A DNA stretch of 64,000 bases from an uncultured Candidatus Saccharibacteria bacterium. Its GTDB lineage: Bacteria; Patescibacteriota; Minisyncoccia; RBG-13-40-8-A. The notes under the pieces were generated by a model that worked only from the letters and a program-made list of their open reading frames with translations, was not told where the DNA came from and made no database searches. Both the position numbers and the translations under genes were made by a program. Position 1 is the stretch's first letter. Every line of letters starts with the position of its first letter. The stretch lies in contig OZ246412.1 in assembly GCA_965231075.1 (NCBI GenBank), forward strand, positions 14,224 to 78,223. Direction: 5' to 3'. Positions 18,873 to 28,033 of the stretch are shown one piece after another.

Positions 18873-21356
18873 ATGGAATATAATCCTCAAGAGATTGAAA
18901 AAAAGTGGCAAAAAGAATGGGAAAAACTTGGTCTATACGAGGCCAAAGATTTTGATAAAAAACCGAAACAATACATTCTGGTTGAATTTCCATATCCTTC
19001 TGGAGACGGACTTCATGTTGGTCACGCCAGAAGTTATTCTGCGCTCGACGCTATGGCACGTAAAAAGAGAATGCAAGGATACAATGTTTTATTTCCTATT
19101 GGTTACGATGCTTTTGGACTTCCCACGGAAAACTATGCCATTAAAACTGGTATTCATCCGATTGAGGTAACTAAAAAAAATACCGCAATTTTTAGAGAAC
19201 AACTAAAAAGCCTCGGCCTATCATTTGACTGGTCCCGAGAAATAAATACTACTGACCCCGAATATTACAAATGGACGCAGTGGATATTTTTACAATTTTT
19301 TAAGAAAGGATTGGCCTACCAACAAGAAATGCCGATAAATTGGTGTCCAAAATGCAAAACCGGACTAGCTAACGAAGAGGTTGTAAACGGAAAATGTGAA
19401 CGCTGTGGCGCTCAAACCGAAAAACGTAACAAAAAACAATGGTTATTAAAAATTACCGCCTACGCAGACAGATTGATTGACGATTTAAAATTAGTTAATT
19501 TTCCCGATAGGATAAAAAATCAGCAAATAAATTGGATTGGCAGATCAGAAGGAACTAATATAAAATTCAAGATTGAAAACGAGGAACTAGAAGTATTTAC
19601 AACCAGAATAGATACAATTTTTGGCGTAACCGCTTTAGTTTTAGCGCCAGAACATGAATTGGTATCAAAGCTTAAAGATCAAAGCTCAAACGTTAAAGAA
19701 ATTGAAGATTATATCTCGCAAACCAGGAAAAAATCAGAAATTGAGCGCATGGATTTCGCAAAAGAAAAAACCGGTGCGGAATTAAAAGGAGTTTATGCGA
19801 TTAATCCTTTAAATGATGAAAAAATCCCAATTTGGATTGGCGATTATGTAATCGCTACCTATGGGGGAGGGGCAGTGATGATGGTACCCGCACACGACGG
19901 ACGAGATTATGAATTTGCTAAAAAATACGGAATTAAAATTAAAAAAGTTATAATTCCTAAGGCAATAATAAGTCGTTATATGAATGCTGAACAAATTGCC
20001 GCTGGCGGACAAACAGAATTACGGCCAGTGGTGGATTGTTTTACGGAATATGGCGAACTAATTAATTCTGGCGAATTTAATGGCTTAGATTCAGACAAGG
20101 CGATCAAGGAAATCACAAAATGGTTAGAAAAGAAGAAATTAGGCAAAAAACAAGTCAATTATCACTTACGAGACTGGGTGTTTACGCGCCAACATTATTG
20201 GGGTGAACCAATTCCGATTATTCATTGCGAAAAATGTGGAGCGGTGCCAGTAAACGAAAAAGATTTACCAATAGAACTTCCGTATGTCGAGAAATACGAA
20301 CCAACCGATACCGGAGAGTCGCCATTATCAGCGATCGATGAGTGGGTGAACACGAAATGTCCAAAATGTGGAGGCAAAGCAAAGCGAGAAACCGACACAA
20401 TGCCAAATTGGGCAGGATCCAATTGGTACTACCTCGCATATTTGATGCGAGGAATTTCCAATTTCCAGTTTCCAATTTCCAAATACCAAGATGCATTTAA
20501 ATACTGGATGCCAGTGGATTTATATAACGGTGGAATGGAGCATGTCACACTTCATCTTTTATATTCGAGATTTGTCTACAAATTTTTATATGATATTGGT
20601 GTTGTCCCTGGTCCCGAACCATATCAAAGACGATGTGCACATGGCATGGTTTTGGCGTCTGATGGTCAGAAAATGTCTAAATCTCGGGGCAATGTTATTA
20701 ACCCCGACGAAATTGTTAAAAAATATGGTGCCGATACGATTCGTCTTTACGAAATGTTTATGGGGCCATATGAAGATGAAATTTCTTGGAGCACAGAAAG
20801 CTTAGAGGGCTGTGCAAGGTTTTTAAAAAAGATTTGGAACTTATTTGCCAATGATAAAAAATTTGCCAAAGAAGCTTCGAAAGAATTGATTCAGAAATTA
20901 CATTATACGATAAAAAAAGTTGGTGACGATTTAGATAACATGAAATTCAACACCGCAATTTCAAGTATGATGGAATTAATTAATATGTGGTCTATTGAGG
21001 GGAGCGTAATGGCAAAAGAAGATGCAGAAAATTTCTTGAAGATTTTAGCACCGTTTGCACCACATATAACAGAAGAATTATTTCAAAAAATCCAAAATTC
21101 AGAATCCAAAATTCAAAGCGTCTTTGAAGCGGAGTGGCCGGAATATGATGAGAAATTAATCAAGAAAGATAAGATTGATTTAATTATTCAAATCAATGGC
21201 AAAGTCAGAGACAAAATTGAGGTAAGAGCAGACATCTCCGAAAAAGAGGCCAAGGAATTAGTTTTGTCGAACGAAAAGATAAAAACCTGGCTTAACAATC
21301 AAGAACCAAAGAAAATCATTTTCGTGAAAAACAAATTAATAAATATTGTAATATGA
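18873..21356 (+). CDS. leuS: leucyl-tRNA synthetase
   Basis: HVGHARSYSALDAMARKKRMQGYNVLFPIGYDAFGLP, KMSKSRGN, editing domain; 827 aa. Confidence 0.9.
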   Translation: MEYNPQEIEKKWQKEWEKLGLYEAKDFDKKPKQYILVEFPYPSGDGLHVGHARSYSALDAMARKKRMQGYNVLFPIGYDAFGLPTENYAIKTGIHPIEVTKKNTAIFREQLKSLGLSFDWSREINTTDPEYYKWTQWIFLQFFKKGLAYQQEMPINWCPKCKTGLANEEVVNGKCERCGAQTEKRNKKQWLLKITAYADRLIDDLKLVNFPDRIKNQQINWIGRSEGTNIKFKIENEELEVFTTRIDTIFGVTALVLAPEHELVSKLKDQSSNVKEIEDYISQTRKKSEIERMDFAKEKTGAELKGVYAINPLNDEKIPIWIGDYVIATYGGGAVMMVPAHDGRDYEFAKKYGIKIKKVIIPKAIISRYMNAEQIAAGGQTELRPVVDCFTEYGELINSGEFNGLDSDKAIKEITKWLEKKKLGKKQVNYHLRDWVFTRQHYWGEPIPIIHCEKCGAVPVNEKDLPIELPYVEKYEPTDTGESPLSAIDEWVNTKCPKCGGKAKRETDTMPNWAGSNWYYLAYLMRGISNFQFPISKYQDAFKYWMPVDLYNGGMEHVTLHLLYSRFVYKFLYDIGVVPGPEPYQRRCAHGMVLASDGQKMSKSRGNVINPDEIVKKYGADTIRLYEMFMGPYEDEISWSTESLEGCARFLKKIWNLFANDKKFAKEASKELIQKLHYTIKKVGDDLDNMKFNTAISSMMELINMWSIEGSVMAKEDAENFLKILAPFAPHITEELFQKIQNSESKIQSVFEAEWPEYDEKLIKKDKIDLIIQINGKVRDKIEVRADISEKEAKELVLSNEKIKTWLNNQEPKKIIFVKNKLINIVI

Positions 21357-21952
21357 AGAACATAGCGGTGTTGATATCGGGCAATGGGACGAATTTGCAA
21401 GCGATAATTGATGAGGCGAAAGATGGAAAAATAAACGGCAAGATTGTTGCCGTAATTTCGAATAAATCCGATGCTTATGGACTAGAGAGGGCGAAACAGG
21501 CCGACATTCCAACATATTTTATTGACCACAAAGGAATCACGCGCGAAGAACATGAACAAAAAATAATTGATACTTTAGAAAAGGCGAAAGTTGATTTGGT
21601 GGTTTTAGCGGGATATATGCGCGTGGTAACACCGTTGTTTGTAAACAAATACAAACATAAATTAATCAATATTCACCCCGCACTACTTCCAGCATTTCCC
21701 GGAACCGATGGTTATGGCGATACATTTAATTATGGTTGTAAGGTTGGTGGATGCACAGTGCATTTTGTTGACGAGGGGGTTGATACCGGGCCGATTATTG
21801 TTCAAAAAGTTAATGAAATTAAAGAAAACGATACATTAGAAAGTTTTAAACAACGCGGATTAGAAATTGAGCATCAGGCACTTCCCGAGGCAGTAAGATT
21901 ATTCTGCGAAGACAAACTACAAATTGAAGGAAGAAAGGTTAAAATTTTATGA
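21353..21952 (+). CDS. purN: phosphoribosylglycinamide formyltransferase-like formyl transferase
   Basis: IAVLISGNGTNLQAIID...NIHPALLPAFPG...HFVDEGVDTGPII is the PurN/formyltransferase N-domain signature. Confidence 0.75.
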   Translation: MKNIAVLISGNGTNLQAIIDEAKDGKINGKIVAVISNKSDAYGLERAKQADIPTYFIDHKGITREEHEQKIIDTLEKAKVDLVVLAGYMRVVTPLFVNKYKHKLINIHPALLPAFPGTDGYGDTFNYGCKVGGCTVHFVDEGVDTGPIIVQKVNEIKENDTLESFKQRGLEIEHQALPEAVRLFCEDKLQIEGRKVKIL

Positions 21953-22527
21953 CCAAAAAAGAACAATTAGAACAACTAAATAAAAAAATGTTAGCTTGTT
22001 CAAAATGTGTTCTGCGAAAAACTTGTCGAGTTGTGGTTCCGGGAGAGGGAAATGCTAACACAGAAATTATGTTTATTGGTGAAGGGCCAGGACAAAAAGA
22101 GGACGAACTAGGTCGTCCTTTTGTTGGTTCTGCAGGAAAATTTTTAGATGAGATGCTAGGAACAATAAAAACCAAGCGCGAAGATATTTATATTGCTAAT
22201 GTTGTAAAATGTCGTCCACCAGCAAATCGTGATCCACTTCCTGAAGAGGCGATCGCTTGCTGGCCGTGGTTGGAACAACAAATCAAAATTATAGAACCAA
22301 AATTAATTGTTTTGTTGGGTAGGCATGCCATGGAAAGATTTTTGCCGGGGCAAAAAATTTCCCAAATTCACGGAAAAGCTCTGCGCAAAGATATGCCCGG
22401 CTTTGGGCCAATGGTTTTTTACGCTCTCTATCATCCTGCCGCTGCACTCTATAACGGCAGTATGCGAGAGACATTAATTGATGATTTCAAAAAAATACCG
22501 AAAGTACTAAAAGCAATAAAAAAATAG
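21949..22527 (+). CDS. family 4 uracil-DNA glycosylase
   Basis: CSKCVLRKTCRVVVPGEGNANTEIMFIGEGPGQKEDELGRPFVGSAGKFLDEML are UDG family 4 motifs. Confidence 0.8.
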   Translation: MTKKEQLEQLNKKMLACSKCVLRKTCRVVVPGEGNANTEIMFIGEGPGQKEDELGRPFVGSAGKFLDEMLGTIKTKREDIYIANVVKCRPPANRDPLPEEAIACWPWLEQQIKIIEPKLIVLLGRHAMERFLPGQKISQIHGKALRKDMPGFGPMVFYALYHPAAALYNGSMRETLIDDFKKIPKVLKAIKK

Positions 22528-22548
22528 CCCCACGGACAAGGGGCTATT
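22526..22548. terminator. bidirectional hairpin terminator between convergent genes
   Basis: GCCCCACGGACAAGGGGC hairpin with T-runs on both sides. Confidence 0.45.
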
Positions 22549-22675
22549 TGAGTTGACTCGGTGAAAATAACGACAAGAAAGTGCTGATTAAACAGTAAAT
22601 CCAAAAAGAGTAAATGACTAACAGCAAAACAGAGAAAATTATACCCGCAAGGAAATTGCGGATTGTTTTTATCAT
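22544..22675 (-). CDS. small (43 aa) single-pass membrane protein
   Basis: Strong GGAGGAGG Shine-Dalgarno 5 nt upstream of ATG (minus strand); hydrophobic core IIFSVLLLVIYSFWIYCLISTFLSLF. The longer track ORF 22544..22783 is an antisense-tRNA artifact in its N-terminal part. Confidence 0.4.
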   Translation of the reverse strand: MIKTIRNFLAGIIFSVLLLVIYSFWIYCLISTFLSLFSPSQLK

Positions 22676-22695
22676 CTCCTCCTCCTTTTTATAAA

Positions 22696-22779
22696 GATCG
22701 ACAAGTGCCCGGGGGGAGAGTCGAACTCCCATGACCTTGCGGTCACACGATTTTGAGTCGTGCGCGTCTGCCAGTTCCG
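22696..22779 (-). tRNA. tRNA-Leu (anticodon CAA)
   Basis: Minus-strand cloverleaf GCCCAGG...: 7-bp acceptor stem (one A-C mismatch), anticodon stem CACGA/TCGTG, loop CUCAAAA, long variable arm GACCGCAAGGTCA, T-arm GGGAGTTCGACTCTCCC; CCA not encoded. Confidence 0.85.
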
Positions 22780-22809
22780 CCACCTGGGCATGATTTTAAG
22801 TTATCACAA

Positions 22810-24858
22810 TCAATCAGTTTTTTCAAATGCACAATCCTTGTTGCTACATTTTATTTTTCTGCTTCGAGTTGTAACAAGTAGTGAATTGCATTTTGGACAA
22901 AGTTCGCCAGTCGGTCTATCCCACAAAGCAAATTTACAGTCTGGGTATTTGCTGCAACTGAAAAATATTTTTCCTCTGCGTGTTTTTCTTTCCAATATCT
23001 TTCCGTCTTTACATTCGGGACATTTTACGTCAGTTGAATTTTCAATATGTTTCGTGTTTTTACATTTAGGAAAATTTGAACAAGCAATGAATTTTCCAAA
23101 TCTTCCTGTTTTAATTACCATTGGCGATCCACACTTCTCACAAACCTGATCAGTTTTCTCGTCTACAACCTCTTTTTTAACAATGTCTGTATATTTTTGT
23201 TTAACATTTTTTTCAAACGGTTTATAAAAACTTTCAATCACGGGTACCCATTCTTTTTTTCCGTCAGCAATTTCATCAAGTTCATTTTCCATATTCGCCG
23301 TAAAATCAATATCCACAATTTCGGGGAAGTGTTCGACCAAAAGTCCATTTACTAAAACTCCAATTTCACTAGGATAAAGATATTTTGCGGTTTTGGTGAC
23401 GTATCCACGCTTTTGAATTGTTTCCATGGTTGGGGCATAAGTTGATGGTCTACCAATGCCATGTTCTTCAAGCGCTTTAATTAAAGTTGCTTCGGTAAAT
23501 GGTGCCGGCGCCTGGGTGAAATGTTGCAGGGAATTTAATTTCAATAAATCTAAAATTTCATTAACTTTAAGTTCTGGTAAAATGGTTTCTTCGGTTTTTG
23601 ATGACCAAACACTCAAAAATCCATCAAATTTAATAATATTTCCATTGGCCTTAAATCCATAACCATTGCCAGCGCTAATATCAATAGAGGTTGAATCGAA
23701 CACAGCAGAATTCATTTGAGAGGCAATTGTTCTGCGCCAAATAAGATTATATAAAGCAAATTGATTTTTATTTAAATAACTTTTTACGTCTTCGGGTTTA
23801 TATTCGGGGAAAGTTGGTCTAATTGCTTCATGTGCTTCTTGCGCGCCTTTGCTTTTGGTTTTATAGAAATTAGGCTGCAAGGGTAAATATTTTTTACCAA
23901 AATCTTTTTCAATTAATTCTCTAGTTTTAGATATTGCTGAGGTTGCCAAATTCAAAGAGTCGGTTCTCATGTATGTGATAAGACCGACTGGTTTTTTATT
24001 TTCCAAAGGAAGCCCTTCGTATAATTGTTGGGCAATAAACATTGTTTGTTTTGCAGAAAATCTTAATTTGCGCGAGGCCTCTTGTTGTAATGTACTGGTT
24101 GTGAATGGGGGAAAAGGATTTCTTTTAACTTCTTTTTTCTCGATGTTTTCAATTTTATACTCGGCATTGGTTAGGTCGTTGATGATATCTTCGGCCTGTT
24201 TCTGGTTTTTAATCTCAAGCTTGTCAACGGTTTTGTTGTTGATTTTATTTAAAGTCGCAACGAAATTTGGGTTGTGTTTAAATTCTGCTTCAATGGTGTG
24301 ATATTCTTCTGGCTTAAACTGATCAATTTCTTTTTGCTTTTCAACCACCAGGCGGACAGCAACCGACTGAACTCTTCCCGCCGAAAGCCCTCTGGCAACC
24401 TTTTTCCACAACAAAGGAGAAAGTTTATAACCAACCAATCTGTCCAGGATTCTTCGTGCTTGTTGTGCATCAACAAGATTTAAATCAATCTCACGCGGAT
24501 TTTTTAAAGCGTCCTCGATGGCTTGTTTGGTAATTTCATGAAAAACAATTCTTTTAGGGTTTTTTAATTTTAATGCTTCGGTTAAATGCCAAGCAATTGC
24601 TTCTCCTTCGCGGTCTTCGTCAGTTGCAAGAATTACTTCGTCTGATTTTTTAACTTTTTCTTTTAGTGCAGTAACATTCTTTCTTGCCTTAGGAACAATA
24701 ATATATTGAGGTTCAAAACCGTTTTCCGTATCAATTGCTAACTTGCTCTTGGGCAAGTCTCGAACATGACCAAAAGAGGATTCAACCATGAATCCCTTGC
24801 CTAAAAATTGTTTAATTGTCTTTGCTTTTGTTGGCGACTCAACAATAATTAAATTCAT
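22810..24858 (-). CDS. topA: DNA topoisomerase I
   Basis: MNLIIVESPTKAKTIKQFLGKGFMVESSFGHVRDLP (TOPRIM), catalytic Tyr region, three C-terminal Cys4 zinc ribbons. Confidence 0.9.
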   Translation of the reverse strand: MNLIIVESPTKAKTIKQFLGKGFMVESSFGHVRDLPKSKLAIDTENGFEPQYIIVPKARKNVTALKEKVKKSDEVILATDEDREGEAIAWHLTEALKLKNPKRIVFHEITKQAIEDALKNPREIDLNLVDAQQARRILDRLVGYKLSPLLWKKVARGLSAGRVQSVAVRLVVEKQKEIDQFKPEEYHTIEAEFKHNPNFVATLNKINNKTVDKLEIKNQKQAEDIINDLTNAEYKIENIEKKEVKRNPFPPFTTSTLQQEASRKLRFSAKQTMFIAQQLYEGLPLENKKPVGLITYMRTDSLNLATSAISKTRELIEKDFGKKYLPLQPNFYKTKSKGAQEAHEAIRPTFPEYKPEDVKSYLNKNQFALYNLIWRRTIASQMNSAVFDSTSIDISAGNGYGFKANGNIIKFDGFLSVWSSKTEETILPELKVNEILDLLKLNSLQHFTQAPAPFTEATLIKALEEHGIGRPSTYAPTMETIQKRGYVTKTAKYLYPSEIGVLVNGLLVEHFPEIVDIDFTANMENELDEIADGKKEWVPVIESFYKPFEKNVKQKYTDIVKKEVVDEKTDQVCEKCGSPMVIKTGRFGKFIACSNFPKCKNTKHIENSTDVKCPECKDGKILERKTRRGKIFFSCSKYPDCKFALWDRPTGELCPKCNSLLVTTRSRKIKCSNKDCAFEKTD

Positions 24859-25721
24859 TTGATTATATAATTATTTTTACCTAAATTCCTAACTGCGTTT
24901 TTTATTTCTAAGATTGTTAATGTTGAATTTACGACTGACACTGGTAGTTTGCTAAGTTTTATTATATCGTCGATATGCATCGGCTGTAAAGAGAGTAGTG
25001 ATAGAATAATTTCTTCTTCCTTGTTCTCTGGTTTGGCTTTGACTTTTGGTGTCTCGGAAAGTAGATGTGTTAAATTCAATTCTTCTAAAATGTCTTCGAC
25101 GCAAGTTACTAATTTTGCTCCCTGTTTAATTAATTTATGTGTGCCTTGTGAATTCTCATCATAAATGTTTCCGGGTACGGCAAATACCTCCTTGTTTTGC
25201 TCGAGTGCTAAATTGGCAGTAATTAACGCCCCACTTTGTTCTGGGGCTTCAATTACTACTACGCCCAAACTTAAACCACTAACAATCCGATTCCTTTCAG
25301 GAAAAGTGTAAATTGCGCCAATTGTTCCTTCGGGATATTCGGTGATTACTGCTCCATTTTGGGCGATTTCTTCTCCCAATGCGTAATTTTGTGATGGCGA
25401 AAAACTTTTTTGATCCATGCCACTTCCCAATACGGCAATTGTTCTTCCGCCTACCTCAATCGCAGCTTTGTGCGCGAACGTATCGATGCCACGGGCCAGT
25501 CCGCTAACAATCGTAATCCCCAGTTTAGCTAATTTGGAAGATAAGTCAAGCGCAACTTGTTTTCCGTAAGCAGAATATTTGCGCGTTCCGACGATTGCAA
25601 TCGCAACTTTGTCTTGATTTTTAATTTCACCCTTAATGAATAATTGTTTGGGAGGGTTGTGTATTTCTTTCAGGGAAGAGGGATAATCTTTATCGTTAAT
25701 TGTGATTTTTTTAATATCCAT
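24855..25721 (-). CDS. dprA: DNA processing protein DprA (Smf)
   Basis: VAIAIVGTRKYSAYGKQVALDLSSKLAKLGITIVSGLARGIDTFAHKAAI (Rossmann-like DprA core). Confidence 0.85.
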   Translation of the reverse strand: MDIKKITINDKDYPSSLKEIHNPPKQLFIKGEIKNQDKVAIAIVGTRKYSAYGKQVALDLSSKLAKLGITIVSGLARGIDTFAHKAAIEVGGRTIAVLGSGMDQKSFSPSQNYALGEEIAQNGAVITEYPEGTIGAIYTFPERNRIVSGLSLGVVVIEAPEQSGALITANLALEQNKEVFAVPGNIYDENSQGTHKLIKQGAKLVTCVEDILEELNLTHLLSETPKVKAKPENKEEEIILSLLSLQPMHIDDIIKLSKLPVSVVNSTLTILEIKNAVRNLGKNNYIIK

Positions 25722-25731
25722 GATATACCTA

Positions 25732-25760
25732 TTGACAAACTTACAGCAATATGCTATACT
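25732..25760 (+). promoter_or_regulatory. sigma70-type promoter TTGACA - 17 bp - TATACT pointing into the pth-dprA intergenic gap
   Basis: Exact -35 hexamer and TATACT -10 on the plus strand, divergent from dprA. Confidence 0.4.
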
Positions 25761-25796
25761 TACTGTAGAATAAAAATATATAAATATTTCGTGTTT

Positions 25797-25917
25797 CTGG
25801 TCCTGCCTGATGAGTGACGAGAACCAATCTACCCTCCTTGATTTGGTTGATAGTCAAAGAGCGTTTAGGGTTTCTTGCTTTTGTGAGAAAATCTAAACCA
25901 CTCGCGGGTGGGACCAG
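25797..25917. ncRNA. candidate structured RNA (long closing helix CTGGTCC-TGCCTG..GAGTG / CACTC.CGGGTG-GGACCAG around a ~75-nt interior); identity unknown
   Basis: 18+ bp of nested complementarity at the two ends of a 121-nt segment inside an unusually long (205 bp) intergenic region of a compact genome. Confidence 0.3.
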
Positions 25918-25926
25918 GAACAAGAA

Positions 25927-26397
25927 TTAAGAAAGCAGTTTGGAAATTTCTTCGACTGCTTTTTTGATTATTTCGGGTAATTTTTCTTCTTCGGCCTTAC
26001 CGAAATTCTTTAATACAAAATCGGTAGTATTAACTTCATGAGTTGGTTTAATGCCGATTCTAATGCGCACGAAATCTTTTGTTTTTAATTCATCGATAAT
26101 TGATTGCACTCCCTTGTGTCCGGCAGACGAAGAATCCTTGCTAACCTTAACTGTTTCAAATGGCAAATCGATATCATCGTGAATAACAATTAAATTTTCT
26201 GGAGACATTTTTTCGTAAGCAAGATATTCTCGAACAATTTTACCAGAATTGTTCATAAAACTGTCGGGCTTCAAAAACACAATATTGTTATTTAATATTT
26301 TACATTCTAATTCATCAATAACTCTAAATCCGACGTTGTGTCGGGTTTTTTCGTATTTTTTTCCGGGATTTCCCAATCCCACAATTAAAGTTTTCAT
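25927..26397 (-). CDS. pth: peptidyl-tRNA hydrolase
   Basis: MKTLIVGLGNPGKKYEKTRHNVGFRVIDEL is canonical Pth. Confidence 0.9.
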   Translation of the reverse strand: MKTLIVGLGNPGKKYEKTRHNVGFRVIDELECKILNNNIVFLKPDSFMNNSGKIVREYLAYEKMSPENLIVIHDDIDLPFETVKVSKDSSSAGHKGVQSIIDELKTKDFVRIRIGIKPTHEVNTTDFVLKNFGKAEEEKLPEIIKKAVEEISKLLS

Positions 26398-27398
26398 AAA
26401 TTAATTAATAGGTTATTAATATAATTTTTAATTTCATTGTATTTTTCGATTCCGTTTTGTGGGATTAATACTGAAGCAGTTTCTCTCCCTAAAATCCTAG
26501 TGTCGAGCACAACCAACGGAGGAGCGATGGTGCCGAATTGTATGTTATCTAAATCGGTTTTCTTAATTAATTTTAAAACATATTTAATATCTATTAAACC
26601 AATATTGGTTTCTGTGTTTTGCTTAATATCGTTCCAGAGCTCCAAGATTGTGGGGAAATTCCAAAGAATATTCAGTTTTAGCGTCTTGTCCTTGATTGCG
26701 GAAATAACTTGTTGTTGACGCTCTATTCGAGAAAAATCTCCATTGGCCTGGTTTCTGGTACGAATATATTTTAGTGCCGTTTCTCCATCTAGGTGTTGGA
26801 CGCCCCTCGACAAAGAAAAAATCTGATAAGAATTGTATTCTGCGGGGAATTTTGGGTCATAAATATCTTCTTTTACATCGACCTCGATCCCGTCTAATTT
26901 ATCGATAATTTGTTTTACGCCTCCTAAATCTAACACCACATAATAATCAATATTTAAATCAGTAATTTCTTTTATTTTGGTTTTAATTGTTTCAATTCCG
27001 CCATATTTATATAAAGCATTAATTTTTGTATAGTAGTTTTTTTCTGGATATTTGACCAACAAATCACGAGGAATAGATATGGCGATTGGATCTTCTCCTT
27101 TCGGAGAACTGTTAATAATTAGAATTGTGTCGGTGAGTTGTGGTGCAGAATTTCCTTCGCCAGGAATTCCCAAAAACAATAAATTGATTCGATTCTTTTT
27201 TAATTGATTAAGGGTGGTCTGATCAATTTTTCCAAAATCAACAACTTGCGCAGAAGAACCATTACTAATGACGATCTCTTTTTTAAAAGAAACTTCGAAA
27301 GTAGATTTTGCCACAACCGCAATCGAACAAACCAAAAAGACAATGGTTATGCCCAAAACACATAAATCTCTAATTTCTTTTTTACGATCTCTGTCCAT
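26394..27398 (-). CDS. LytR-CpsA-Psr (LCP) family cell-envelope transferase
   Basis: N-terminal TM anchor, then NLLFLGIPGEGN...YYVVLDLGGVKQIIDKLDGIEVDV, the LCP domain pattern. Confidence 0.8.
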   Translation of the reverse strand: MDRDRKKEIRDLCVLGITIVFLVCSIAVVAKSTFEVSFKKEIVISNGSSAQVVDFGKIDQTTLNQLKKNRINLLFLGIPGEGNSAPQLTDTILIINSSPKGEDPIAISIPRDLLVKYPEKNYYTKINALYKYGGIETIKTKIKEITDLNIDYYVVLDLGGVKQIIDKLDGIEVDVKEDIYDPKFPAEYNSYQIFSLSRGVQHLDGETALKYIRTRNQANGDFSRIERQQQVISAIKDKTLKLNILWNFPTILELWNDIKQNTETNIGLIDIKYVLKLIKKTDLDNIQFGTIAPPLVVLDTRILGRETASVLIPQNGIEKYNEIKNYINNLLINL

Positions 27399-27458
27399 CT
27401 ACTATATTATAACACAGAAGATTTGCATTTTTACAAAAAACCTTTATAATAGAGCTAT

Positions 27459-28028
27459 ATGGAAGAGAGTAAACCAAAAATCTCTGGTTTTAAGTACTGG
27501 TTAGATTTCACTTGGGAAATCTTGAAAATTGTTGTAATCTCTTTGGCAATCATTGTGCCAATTAGATATTTTTTAATTCAACCATTTTTTGTTAAAGGAG
27601 CGTCAATGGAACCAACCTATTTAGATGGTGATTATTTGATTATTGATGAAATTAGTTATCGCTTCGAAGCACCGAAAAGAGGAGAGGTGGTTATTTTTAG
27701 ATATCCATTAGACCCGACACAATTTTTTATAAAAAGAGTGATTGGATTGCCGGGAGAGACGGTTAAAATTGAAAATGGAAAAGTAATTATCGAAGAACAA
27801 TCAGGTAACTCGTTTATTTTAGATGAATCAAAATATTTGAACGGAGTTATTACTGCTGGCAACATTGAGACCACGCTTGAAAATGACGAATATTTTGTCT
27901 TGGGAGACAATCGTAATGCCAGTTCGGATTCGCGTCGGTGGGGAGAGGTAAACAAAAAACTTATTATTGGTCGTGCCTGGTTGCGTGCCTGGCCATTTAA
28001 TAGATTAGACACTTTATTAAATAAATAA
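27459..28028 (+). CDS. lepB: signal peptidase I
   Basis: GASMEPTYLDGDYLII (catalytic Ser), RVIGLPGETV, GDNRNASSDSRRWG boxes. Confidence 0.85.
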   Translation: MEESKPKISGFKYWLDFTWEILKIVVISLAIIVPIRYFLIQPFFVKGASMEPTYLDGDYLIIDEISYRFEAPKRGEVVIFRYPLDPTQFFIKRVIGLPGETVKIENGKVIIEEQSGNSFILDESKYLNGVITAGNIETTLENDEYFVLGDNRNASSDSRRWGEVNKKLIIGRAWLRAWPFNRLDTLLNK

Positions 28029-28033
28029 AATTT

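Noticed and set aside
20451-20482. TTTCCAR x4 short tandem repeat that looked like a possible CRISPR/array seed
   Set aside because: Lies inside leuS and translates in frame (RGISNFQFPISKYQ); only 6-bp units. No CRISPR repeats or cas genes anywhere in the window.
22676-22783. N-terminal part of track ORF 22544..22783 (MAELADAHDSKSCDRKVMGVRLSPRA...)
   Set aside because: Reads antisense through tRNA-Leu, the classic tRNA-antisense ORF artefact. Only the downstream 43-aa ORF with its own strong SD was kept.
25805-25830. CUGAUGAG...GAGAAC resembling hammerhead ribozyme core boxes
   Set aside because: No stem II between the boxes, and no GAAAC/UH cleavage context could be folded; kept only as part of the generic structured-RNA candidate.
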